Below, piece after piece: positions 21,759-30,965 of a stretch of DNA of 64,000 nucleotides (position 1 is its first letter; every line of letters starts with the position of its first letter). The translations under genes and the position numbers were made by a program. This stretch comes from a virus (taxonomy: Duplodnaviria; Caudoviricetes), in IMG/VR virus record IMGVR_UViG_3300046710_000261, positions 32,001 through 96,000 of that record. One strand, written 5' to 3'. The notes under the pieces are model-generated. The model did not search any database. It worked only from the letters and a program-made list of their open reading frames with translations, and was not told where the DNA came from.

Positions 21759-22766
21759 TTAATTCATTTTCAACTTGACCATGGCATCAAACTTTGAGAA
21801 AGAGTTATCGGAAACAAACTCATAGATGTCTTCAATGCCACATTTTGTAACGAGATCGTTTATATCCTTTATCTCTTTGTATTTATGTGGTGGGATGAAA
21901 TATTTCGTCAAGTGTGAGAACTTTCCTGTATTCATGTATTCAAAGGTTGCCTTCCTACCAGGAGCATCATTATCAAGAGCGAGAATAACACCTTTATCTG
22001 TGCTGTCTAATAACTTTTTGATGAACTCGTCCGTTATTTCTACACCCAAACTTGATGTTCCTTGATTGGGTATTCCATCAGCATCCAAAAGGCCCTCTAC
22101 CACAATGATATATTTGTCTCTTTTGAATTTGTCTAAATTGTATATAATCCGACTTTTTTCTGTTGGTGGATTTTTATATTTTCTTTCTGGATTTGACTCT
22201 AGTGACCTTCCCTGAAAATATATCATATCATTGTTATTGAAAATAGGAATAATCACTCTGCCTTTATAGTCTCCATGGTAGGCAATATAAATTCTGAAAT
22301 TGGGAGAAATTTTTCTTTCATTGGCGAATTTTACCAATGCCTTTTTATGCGCCGTTTGAATAATCCCATCGGGTTCATCGGATAGGCCGATACAATCCTT
22401 CAATATGCTGTTATATAAATTGTAGGGAATGTCTTTGTAAAGGTCTGGTTTATATTTGGGTGCGGAGAGTGCTTTTATAATTCGGTCGGGGTCGTATCTG
22501 TCTAATTCTTTTTTGGCATCATTATATGATAGGCCATTCAATTCTGCATACAATTCGACAAATGATCCAGATCGCCCACAGTTCCAACAATGCCATGCTG
22601 GTAAACCATTTTTATAATCAAGATTGAAACGTCTCTTTGATTTTGATTTTTTGCTATCACCACAGAGGACACATCTGGCCTGAAAGTGGGTGCCGCCTTT
22701 AGTTATGAGCACCTTCTGGAAATGCTGAAAAACAAATTCTCTTACCTGATCTAAAGTAATTAACAT
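21759..22766 (-). CDS. DNA primase (T4 gp61-like)
   Basis: Zn finger CVLCGDS..HCWNC, RVIIP, FQGR, KYKNP, VEGLLD and toprim LDND. Confidence 0.92.
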   Translation of the reverse strand: MLITLDQVREFVFQHFQKVLITKGGTHFQARCVLCGDSKKSKSKRRFNLDYKNGLPAWHCWNCGRSGSFVELYAELNGLSYNDAKKELDRYDPDRIIKALSAPKYKPDLYKDIPYNLYNSILKDCIGLSDEPDGIIQTAHKKALVKFANERKISPNFRIYIAYHGDYKGRVIIPIFNNNDMIYFQGRSLESNPERKYKNPPTEKSRIIYNLDKFKRDKYIIVVEGLLDADGIPNQGTSSLGVEITDEFIKKLLDSTDKGVILALDNDAPGRKATFEYMNTGKFSHLTKYFIPPHKYKEIKDINDLVTKCGIEDIYEFVSDNSFSKFDAMVKLKMN

Positions 22767-23135
22767 TTTTCATTTTGTTATTCTTTCTCAAAAGAATAAA
22801 ATCCTAAAGTATTTAATGCTGTGAGGTATTCTCGCAACAATTTATTGTCCTTTTCAGCCACAAAATAATTTGTGGCCATATGGATACATGCGGTCGGAAA
22901 AATGACACTATCATAATATACATCGGGAATACGAGGAAAATCCCTTTTCATTGAATTTATCAAATCAGACTTTTTCATTTTTCATTCCTACATTTCCGAA
23001 TGAAATTTACATTCGTGATCTATAGGTGTATACATGCGTATTTCTTTCAGCGTTTTGCCTTCAAATTTTCCCTGTATACACCTAATTATTTGTTTCTTTT
23101 GTTTGCAGTAATAACAATCTACACACAATCGAATA

Positions 23136-23468
23136 TTATTCTTCTTCTGCATATTCCAATTCATCCACTGTTCTAATTCTCAAATATTTCTTGGCATCTT
23201 CCATTATTTTACTTCTCAAAATCGGAGGGAAAAGACTATAGAATTTCTTCGCATCTTCGGGTGATTTGATATTGAACATTTCCATCATTTGAGAAGCAAT
23301 TTGAAAAGGTGCAAATTCGGGGTTCATCTTCCTGATCTCATGATACACCTTTTCAAGACTTCTCTTCAGTGTTTGACTGACAGCTTGCCTGCATACCCCT
23401 AACCTTTTTGCTATATCTTCACCGTCCATTGGTGTGGTGAAAACGATAACCTTTTTTGCTCTTTTCAT
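23136..23468 (-). CDS. HTH DNA-binding protein (sigma region-4-like)
   Basis: EDIAKRLGVCRQAVSQTLKR helix-turn-helix. Confidence 0.65.
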   Translation of the reverse strand: MKRAKKVIVFTTPMDGEDIAKRLGVCRQAVSQTLKRSLEKVYHEIRKMNPEFAPFQIASQMMEMFNIKSPEDAKKFYSLFPPILRSKIMEDAKKYLRIRTVDELEYAEEE

Positions 23469-23900
23469 ATGTTTTTCCTTTCTTATGAGAGTTTATCAAG
23501 TTGTTCTTTGAGATATTTTCTTTCTGATCTTGATTCCGAAATTTTACTTCTGATGTATCTTTTTAGTTTAACTTCGGCCTGCTCTTTTGTGGAAGAAATC
23601 CAGTCAGCAGGAACAGTCATCTGTCTTTTCATGAAAATATCATCATATCGCTCTAAAGCAATAACTTCCGCAATTTCAACATGATCATCTATATGTCTTT
23701 CTATTTCAATACAAGGAAAGACCTTAAATCGCATATGGTCGAATGTCCAGTTAAGACTGGGCTGAGAAATGAAATCTTCATATACTTTCTTTGTTTTTTC
23801 TTCCGCTACTTTCTTTCTTTGTTCAAGTATTGTGGTGTTTGCCCAGGGTTTAGACATTTGAAATTCCTTTCATTTCAATAGTTTATCTCCATTATATCTT

Positions 23901-23929
23901 ATTATAGCATATTATGGATTTCATGTCAA
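23901..23929 (-). promoter_or_regulatory. sigma70 promoter
   Basis: TTGACA-17-TATAAT with TG extension, immediately after the mom stop codon. Confidence 0.8.
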
Positions 23930-24579
23930 GAGATTTCTTTTGGGTATGGCAAAACTTTCCATTTCAAGAATTTTCGGTCTTCTTTATCTGTAAAATAGAC
24001 ATATCTGTTCTTTTTAGAACGATAGACAACCCTCATTTTCTCTTTATCTCGTAACTCTTTTGGAATGCTCCTATGGTCTAAATCTCCAAAAGTGTAATCT
24101 TTGAAAGGAATTGATGTTCCTGTAAATATCCAATTAGTGGCCTGATAAACTTTCCCCGAATGCCCATATTTAGTATCGGCATAACTTACGAGAATTGTTC
24201 CTTTAGGAATTGTCCTTAAAACCCATCCGATAAATCGGCTTTCAGAATTTTTGGGACATTCATCTGCCATCCATAAACGATTTAGTTCAAAAACTTTTTT
24301 TGCTCTTTCTTCTCCCGCCACACCTTTAATCAATGTATGAGATGCTGGTTTACCTATGGTAAGAACGCCCACTAATCTATCTTCTAAAAAGGCACCGAAT
24401 GCCCAACTTGTAGGTGCCTTTCGATGAAGGTAGTGTTCTCTTACCACCATTTCCATTGCTACCTTATAATCTATTTGCTTAAATTTTAGTTGGAGCGGAG
24501 AGGTCGGACATGAACCGCCATCTTTCTTCTGGAAGGAAGACTGTTCTACTTGAACTATCACCGCTGTATTATTTTCCAT
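23926..24579 (-). CDS. Mom-family (GNAT-fold) DNA adenine modification enzyme
   Basis: HYLHR, VGVLTIGKPAS, ELNRLW, KNSESRFI and LVSYAD..GHSGKVYQATNW motifs typical of Mom-like proteins. Confidence 0.85.
   Translation of the reverse strand: MENNTAVIVQVEQSSFQKKDGGSCPTSPLQLKFKQIDYKVAMEMVVREHYLHRKAPTSWAFGAFLEDRLVGVLTIGKPASHTLIKGVAGEERAKKVFELNRLWMADECPKNSESRFIGWVLRTIPKGTILVSYADTKYGHSGKVYQATNWIFTGTSIPFKDYTFGDLDHRSIPKELRDKEKMRVVYRSKKNRYVYFTDKEDRKFLKWKVLPYPKEIS
24491..24564 (-). ncRNA. degenerate tRNA-Gly(TCC)-like cloverleaf embedded in the mom coding sequence
   Basis: GCGGTGA..TCTCCGC-T-CCA acceptor; GTTC/GAAC D stem with a GG-less 5-nt loop; TCTTC/GAAGA stem with CTTCCA loop; GGCGG-TTCATGT-CCGACC T arm. 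Confidence 0.75.
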
Positions 24580-24613
24580 ATATCACAATATTTATGTTTG
24601 GAGGTTAAAAAAG

Positions 24614-25750
24614 TTATTTCCATTCTTGATCTAATAATAAATCTTCTCTTCTCAAATCAAAATATTTCTTTGCTATCTCTGGATACTTTTCTTCCATTTT
24701 TTTAAGAGCATTTATTTCGGGATTTCGCTTCGCCTCTGCCTGAATAATACAATACTGTCTGAAACTTTTTTTCATGTAGTTTGGTACAAAATTACACCAT
24801 GTTTTTATTGTTTGATATACATCTCTATAAGGACCATCACACTCTTTATATCGCATAATATAAGGAAGACATCCATATTCCATGAGGATTTTTATTCTTT
24901 CAAATACATCTGTAATATCTTGTTCCCAAAACTCTTCATCGAATCGGTTATTTCTATCAAATCCACAGAAAACATATAACTTCGTTCTGCGTTTGGGATT
25001 TACATATTTTCTCCACATGCGGAGTTGTTTGATTATTGTTTCTTTGTCTTCAATATTATCAAAAGCAAAAATATAATCACCAAGGTATTTACAAGAAGAT
25101 ATAACTTTGGCCTTTTCCTCTGTCATCATTCTAATATCCATGCCTTGTTTGAATTGAAACGGATAACCTGTTTCAATGAGTTCATCGAAAACCTCGCGCC
25201 ATCTTGAATATCCCAAAATATTATCATCCCATAAAGATATTTTCTTTCTTGAAGGATCAAAAAATTCTTTTACATGGGCATGAAAAAACACTTTATCATA
25301 TTTCTTATTGACACAAAATTCACACTTGCGAAAACATCCTCTGGTTGTAAAGCCAATGGAATAGTCTTTATAATATTCAAGGCGTATTCTTTCTAATCCT
25401 TTTGTTTCCATTATTTTTACCCAATTATCATATAGATGATAGTCGGGTATATGATGTTCAATTTCATCAGGCAGATTTGGTGCGCTGTCAAAGAAAAAAC
25501 CTGTTCCACCATGTATTGTTTTTTTCAAAATACTTTCATCGAGAATGGTTCCAGTAAGAATTGTATCTGTGAATGCTTTTGATATATAAACCAAATCATA
25601 ATTATCAATGGTGTTATAATTTAGGAGCAGTTCTGTATTATCCCCCAATTCTTTATGATAACCAGATAATTTCATACAAGCAAGATTAGGAAAAGAATGG
25701 CCTTTTCTTCTTATAAGATCAGCGTCAATGATACCTATGCTTTTACTCAT
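24614..25750 (-). CDS. radical SAM protein (phage-associated family)
   Basis: PNLACMKLS N-terminus, TTRGCFRKCEFC, DDNI and QGMDIR motifs. Confidence 0.88.
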   Translation of the reverse strand: MSKSIGIIDADLIRRKGHSFPNLACMKLSGYHKELGDNTELLLNYNTIDNYDLVYISKAFTDTILTGTILDESILKKTIHGGTGFFFDSAPNLPDEIEHHIPDYHLYDNWVKIMETKGLERIRLEYYKDYSIGFTTRGCFRKCEFCVNKKYDKVFFHAHVKEFFDPSRKKISLWDDNILGYSRWREVFDELIETGYPFQFKQGMDIRMMTEEKAKVISSCKYLGDYIFAFDNIEDKETIIKQLRMWRKYVNPKRRTKLYVFCGFDRNNRFDEEFWEQDITDVFERIKILMEYGCLPYIMRYKECDGPYRDVYQTIKTWCNFVPNYMKKSFRQYCIIQAEAKRNPEINALKKMEEKYPEIAKKYFDLRREDLLLDQEWK

Positions 25751-26676
25751 TTTAAACCATACTTTTTTGAAAGAACAGAATCATTTTTTATGAAACAGAA
25801 AACTTCATCACAAAAATATTCTATATTTTTGGGTATAACTATTTTCGATCTATTGTTTTTGATCCATTTATAATCAATATCAAGTATGCCAAATTTTTTA
25901 CAAAAATTTATTCCTGTAAGGGGTTCTCCAATACCAGTTATGCCCCCCTTACATGCATCCAAGGCTTCTTTATCTGTTTCTGCATCAAAACTGACAAAAT
26001 ATATTCTTGATTCGGTATATCCTTTTTCTTTGCAAATTTCAGAAGATTTTAATAGTTTTTGTCCAACTTCTTTGCCTTTTTCTGTATCAAATTCCGTTCC
26101 TTTCTTAATTTCATAAATATCGGAGGTCATTTTATTATTATCAAATTTTAATAAATCAAGCTCTATGCCCCGCGAAGTTTTATCCCCTTTTATTTTTTTG
26201 AGTATCTTGTAATTAAAATATATTTCTTCATTTTCTTTTACTAATGGTTTTCCCTCTTTCGCGGAATTTTCAAGCCACCCCATTTTCAGGAGTATGCATT
26301 TTACATCAAATACTAAAGCGTCACCTGTCTGTATTTTTGTAAGATGTGTTCTTGACATAAGATTGGCAAGAGATAAAGGAAGAATGTCTATATAAGCACT
26401 TTCTTTTTTGGGTTCATTTTCTGAAATTAATGTCGATATACTTTTTGGTTCTTTTGGCGGTTTTCTTTTTTCCCCTTTCATGGATTTTTTCATTACATCA
26501 CCCCTTGTTTCAGGATCAGGTTCCTGAAAATTTATCTGTTTATTGATTTCTCTTTTTATCTGTTTGCTGATATTTTTTCGGCATTCTTTGCAAAATGTTT
26601 CTTTTCCCTCATCAGGCACTACAAAAAAATATGCCAAACTTTCAGTAAGTGGTTTCTTACAATTATAACAAATCAT
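25747..26676 (-). CDS. Zn-finger plus putative PD-(D/E)XK restriction-like nuclease
   Basis: N-terminal CYNC..CKEC; C-terminal ELDLL...IYEIKKG..FDTEK catalytic-like motif. Confidence 0.5.
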   Translation of the reverse strand: MICYNCKKPLTESLAYFFVVPDEGKETFCKECRKNISKQIKREINKQINFQEPDPETRGDVMKKSMKGEKRKPPKEPKSISTLISENEPKKESAYIDILPLSLANLMSRTHLTKIQTGDALVFDVKCILLKMGWLENSAKEGKPLVKENEEIYFNYKILKKIKGDKTSRGIELDLLKFDNNKMTSDIYEIKKGTEFDTEKGKEVGQKLLKSSEICKEKGYTESRIYFVSFDAETDKEALDACKGGITGIGEPLTGINFCKKFGILDIDYKWIKNNRSKIVIPKNIEYFCDEVFCFIKNDSVLSKKYGLK

Positions 26677-26718
26677 GAAAAGCCTTTCTTTATAGCATTT
26701 CTTCCATTATCTCATACT

Positions 26719-26747
26719 ATTATATCAAAAAAAGGAAACACTGTCAA
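26719..26747 (-). promoter_or_regulatory. sigma70 promoter heading the nuclease-radical SAM-mom operon
   Basis: TTGACA-17-TATAAT with TG extension. Confidence 0.8.
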
Positions 26748-26768
26748 GAAAAATATTATATAATAATT

Positions 26769-28511
26769 TTACAGGGTTGCGGGGTTTTTAATATCACACA
26801 GTCCCTTACACTCGATATCTTCCGCTGACATGAAATCTTCAGATTTTTCTTTTTTCAAAACTTCAATAGTTTCTTCTTTGCTCAATTTATTATATATTTG
26901 ACCTTCCCGTGATCCTTCAGTATAAACAGTTACGCCCTTGAGGTCACGCAAAAATTCTTGGAGTAAAATATCCAATTGTTGGGGTGTAGTTTTGGCGGGT
27001 AAGTTAATCGTTTTTGAAACGGCTCCGTCCACGTATCGTTGAACTATCGCTTGAACTTCCAAATGTTCTTTCGGAGTTAATTCTGACGCATCCACAAACC
27101 AATCTGGAATGGGTTGTTTGTTGATAAGCAATTCTTTGTATTTTGGGTGAATATAAATTCTTTCTCCAACTCTGTCTTTTCTTCTGTAAGATTTATATGG
27201 CAATGGCTCAATTCCTGATGATACTTCGGGCAATAGGCTTATCGTCCCTGTGGGTGCGATTGATAATCCAGTAACACAACGCACACCTTTATTTTTTATG
27301 TCGATGCGTAACTGGGCAGGAAGTTTTCTAACAAAAGATGCGTTGCCATAAGCAACAGGATCGAATTTTGGGAATGACCCCTTTTCTACTGACAACTCAA
27401 TAAGAGTTTCGTATACGACATCCCGGATAAAACGCATTAATTTTTCTATTTCCAATATGCTGTCTTTTGAGCCATATCTGATTTCTTTAGCAAATAGATA
27501 TTCTGCTAAACCCATTATTCCAACTCCAATCCTGCGAGAATTGTGTGCTTTAATATCTATTTCCTTCAAAGAATATCTGTTTACATCTATTACATCATCC
27601 AAAAATCTAACGGCAAGTTTTATTGTTCCTTCCAGTTTTTTCCAGTTCGTATTTATATTGCCTGTAATGAAATTGGGCAATACCAGTGAGCCTAAATCGC
27701 AGGAGCCATAATTTTCCAGAACGGCCTCACCGCACGGATTTGTGGTCACGACGGGGTCATAATAATACGAGTTGTTCTTAAACAGATTTGTGCTATTCAA
27801 TAATCCTGGTTCTGCGACAGTAACCATATTTTTGATAATCATGTTCCATAGGTCTTTTGCCTTTACATGACCATATTCTTTCTGTTTGAATTTGAATGTC
27901 CATTCACCATTGCTCTCTACTGTCTTCATAAATTGTTCATTGACTAATACTGAAATGTTAAAGTGGGATATTTTCTTGTCTACAAGTTTGGCATTGATGA
28001 AGTTTACTATTTCGGGATGGGATACATCACAACATGCTAATCCAGCGGCTCGTCTCTGGCCTCCGCTTTCTATTGGTTTGGCAACCGCATCAGACATTTC
28101 GATAAAAGAAACCATTCCGCTTGAACTTCCGCCTTTGCCCGATATTGGGTCTCCACACGGGCGCAAGGGTGAGAAATTACATCCAACTCCACCACCTTCA
28201 GACCATAAAACAAGACAGTCTGAAAGAAATCGTCCTATTTCCTCAATGCTGTCTCCAATAGGCAACGCATAACAATTTAGCAGGCTGCCCTTTTGCTTTC
28301 CCGCGTTTCGCAATATTCTTCCAGCAGGAATAAAATCCATGTTATATATCATCTCATGGAATTTTTCGGCATATAACTTCTTATCTTTTTCTACGCTTGC
28401 TATTGCGTCTGCCACCCTGACTGTTGCTGTTTCCCAATTCTCACCATTATTAAAATATCGCGCCATTGCCACTTCTTCCGCATTTGCTGATAATTCTATC
28501 TTCTTCGACAT
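26769..28511 (-). CDS. nrdJ: class II (adenosylcobalamin-dependent) ribonucleotide reductase
   Basis: PAGRIL, LLNC, GGGVG, TNPCGE, CDLGS, IAPTGTIS, VSKTINLP and C-terminal Cys pair; no beta subunit adjacent. Confidence 0.9.
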   Translation of the reverse strand: MSKKIELSANAEEVAMARYFNNGENWETATVRVADAIASVEKDKKLYAEKFHEMIYNMDFIPAGRILRNAGKQKGSLLNCYALPIGDSIEEIGRFLSDCLVLWSEGGGVGCNFSPLRPCGDPISGKGGSSSGMVSFIEMSDAVAKPIESGGQRRAAGLACCDVSHPEIVNFINAKLVDKKISHFNISVLVNEQFMKTVESNGEWTFKFKQKEYGHVKAKDLWNMIIKNMVTVAEPGLLNSTNLFKNNSYYYDPVVTTNPCGEAVLENYGSCDLGSLVLPNFITGNINTNWKKLEGTIKLAVRFLDDVIDVNRYSLKEIDIKAHNSRRIGVGIMGLAEYLFAKEIRYGSKDSILEIEKLMRFIRDVVYETLIELSVEKGSFPKFDPVAYGNASFVRKLPAQLRIDIKNKGVRCVTGLSIAPTGTISLLPEVSSGIEPLPYKSYRRKDRVGERIYIHPKYKELLINKQPIPDWFVDASELTPKEHLEVQAIVQRYVDGAVSKTINLPAKTTPQQLDILLQEFLRDLKGVTVYTEGSREGQIYNKLSKEETIEVLKKEKSEDFMSAEDIECKGLCDIKNPATL

Positions 28512-28580
28512 TTATTCTCCATAAAGTAATAAAGGACAATAAATGTCCTCTATCACAATCAATATTATTATGTTATATAA

Positions 28581-30737
28581 TTATTTTGTTTCTAAAATAG
28601 TTCTAAATTTTGATGGTTCTTTTACTGTAGGTTTCAATATTTCAGCCCAATCATCTTTTTCTTCTTCTTCCAATATTAGTCTATTGAGAAGATTGTTCAA
28701 TTCAATGCTTTCTTTCTTTGCTTTGCCATATATTTTTTCGTCTGCTTCTTTCATTTTATTGGCAAACCTTTTATCAATATGCATCATCAAATCAAAGTTT
28801 ACCGTTCCCGAACCGTGACCGATGATTTCAAGTTTGCTGATAGGAATAACTTCCTTTTTGGTTTTTGTCTGATATCCAATATATGGCAGTCTTTCAGAAT
28901 GTATCAGAACCAATCTTTCGGTTATCTCATTCCAATTCGATGTTCCAAATATTTCTTTGGATGTGTTTTTATCAAAAGATATATCACCGACCACCATTGG
29001 TTCTGACCCATCCAATGCTGATGCTATAGGCAATTCATCGGTTATCTTTTTCATCAACCCTTTTTTAAGTTTTGGGTTCTTAGCCAATTCTTCATAACAT
29101 GGAAGTCTGAAATCTCTTTCATCTTGTGCTATTCCTTCTAAGAATTTCTCAGCATTTTTATCCTTCAATGCTCTGATTGCCAAGATAGCACCCTTCATTA
29201 TTGGTCTGTTTTTTGGATTTGTAATATCATCAAATTCCAGCCCCTCTTTTTCCATATGGGCCTTTACATCTTCGTCTTTTTCCATTGCCTTCTTTACTTC
29301 TTTTTGATGTTTCAGTAGATAATCTCTTACTTTGGCTTTCTTTTTGTTTATAAATTCTGTCTGGTCGAATTTCTTATTCAGTTTTTCGTCCCATTTCTTC
29401 AATTCTCCCAAACCACCAGTTTTCAGTTTGGCATCAGCACTTTTCTTCAAAGATACTTCTTCTAATCTGACACCTTCTTTCGTTTTGATTTTGTAGAATA
29501 CATCTGCTGTGTCTTCAACATTGGAAAGAGGGTTTTGAAGACCTATTGCTTCTAGGTCTTCTGGGAAATCCCACGCGCCCGCTATAATATCTTTATCAGG
29601 ATCAAATCCCTTATTATCATATTTCCATCTTTTATGATTTGCTTCTCTATTCTTGACTGCTGCAATTAACCATGACCTATCAATAAATCCATGGTTGCCT
29701 TCTCCCCTTTCATCAAGTTTTTGTTCTACCCCTCTTTGAAATTCTGCTACTTCAGTATCATTCATACATGTTGCCATCAAAGACATTAATTCACCAGGAA
29801 GAGATGCTTCTGCTCCCTTTGGTGCCCTTCCTGTATCAGGCCCTAAGATATGAGAGAAAGTTACACCACCTTCAGTCTTTGTGTTCATCAGTCTTTCAAA
29901 TATTTGAGCATATCTTTTCGGTATCTTTCCTTTTTCAATACATGCCATTTTAGGAAATACATATGGCTTTCCTGGCATATTCAAGTTTTTCCCGCTGAAG
30001 TTGTTGTTTCGTTCTGTAAATTCTTTATTTGATTCTTTTAGATTTCTTGTATATTCTTTTTCTTTTGCAGTATCAACTTTGACAAGAGTTTTATTTTTGC
30101 CTTTGATTATTCTTTCTTCTGTTTCATATTTTGGTTTTCCAACTGCTGTTTTTACTTTTGAGGGTTTTACATTCCCTTTGGTTTCGGCATTTCCTTTGAT
30201 GGCCCCTGCCTTTTGATCGTTACTGCCGGCTTCTTTATCTGACTTGGATTTTGTGGTTTCTCCACGTTGTTCTTGTTCGGTCCCTTTCCCTGATTTGACA
30301 TTTTTCTCCCCTCCTGGAACTTCTTTTTCCAATGCTTTTTTAACCTTTGATGGTTTTTCTTCTTCAGGTTCCTCTTTTGGCACTTGCCCTGGTTTCAACC
30401 CTTTTTCTTTTTCAATCTGTTTGATTTTTGCTTCTTTTTCATCATTTTCCTTTTTCTTTGCTTCTAATTCACCCTGGCCCTTATCGCCACCACCTACAGC
30501 TTTCTTTACCTTTGATTCCCCTGGTTCTTTTTCCTTTCCTGATAATTCTTTCCCTGCTTCTCCTGCCTTTTTGGTTACTTTTTTATCTGTTCCCTTGTGG
30601 GTTTGAAGATATTCTTTTTGGGCATTGAAACTAAGGTCAGTCCACCATGCAGGATATTTGGGGTCGCTCTTTGACCTTTCTGCTTTCTTGAATGGTGCCT
30701 TTACTTTTTCATTTAGCAAGAAATTTCTTATTTTCAT
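28581..30737 (-). CDS. 718-aa putative internal virion protein with Lys/Glu-rich linker and nuclease-like C-terminal domain
   Basis: MKIRNFLLNE tag, WWxxLSxxxQxxYLxxH motif, TAD...EVSLKK PD-(D/E)XK-like motif. Confidence 0.6.
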   Translation of the reverse strand: MKIRNFLLNEKVKAPFKKAERSKSDPKYPAWWTDLSFNAQKEYLQTHKGTDKKVTKKAGEAGKELSGKEKEPGESKVKKAVGGGDKGQGELEAKKKENDEKEAKIKQIEKEKGLKPGQVPKEEPEEEKPSKVKKALEKEVPGGEKNVKSGKGTEQEQRGETTKSKSDKEAGSNDQKAGAIKGNAETKGNVKPSKVKTAVGKPKYETEERIIKGKNKTLVKVDTAKEKEYTRNLKESNKEFTERNNNFSGKNLNMPGKPYVFPKMACIEKGKIPKRYAQIFERLMNTKTEGGVTFSHILGPDTGRAPKGAEASLPGELMSLMATCMNDTEVAEFQRGVEQKLDERGEGNHGFIDRSWLIAAVKNREANHKRWKYDNKGFDPDKDIIAGAWDFPEDLEAIGLQNPLSNVEDTADVFYKIKTKEGVRLEEVSLKKSADAKLKTGGLGELKKWDEKLNKKFDQTEFINKKKAKVRDYLLKHQKEVKKAMEKDEDVKAHMEKEGLEFDDITNPKNRPIMKGAILAIRALKDKNAEKFLEGIAQDERDFRLPCYEELAKNPKLKKGLMKKITDELPIASALDGSEPMVVGDISFDKNTSKEIFGTSNWNEITERLVLIHSERLPYIGYQTKTKKEVIPISKLEIIGHGSGTVNFDLMMHIDKRFANKMKEADEKIYGKAKKESIELNNLLNRLILEEEEKDDWAEILKPTVKEPSKFRTILETK

Positions 30738-30738
30738 A

Positions 30739-30957
30739 TTAATTCCTTAATAATCTATGAATTATATCATCATATTCTTTTTTAAGATTTAGTATTTTAG
30801 AAAGCACACTTTCAGCATAATCCAATTGTCTTTTATTTTTTGCATCAGTAATAACATCTATTTTCTTATCTATTATATTGATTTCTGCTATAGTAACTTG
30901 ATAACTATTCTTTTCAAATTCTGTATTTTTTTCATTTATGAATATGTTGAATTTCAT
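30739..30957 (-). CDS. small protein with capsid-targeting-like N-terminus
   Basis: MKFNIFINE. Confidence 0.6.
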   Translation of the reverse strand: MKFNIFINEKNTEFEKNSYQVTIAEINIIDKKIDVITDAKNKRQLDYAESVLSKILNLKKEYDDIIHRLLRN

Positions 30958-30965
30958 ATTTTATC

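Noticed and set aside
24491-24564. Calling the element an ordinary translational tRNA-Gly
   Set aside because: 6-nt anticodon loop, missing D-loop GG and bulged T stem make normal decoding unlikely; reported as tRNA-like instead
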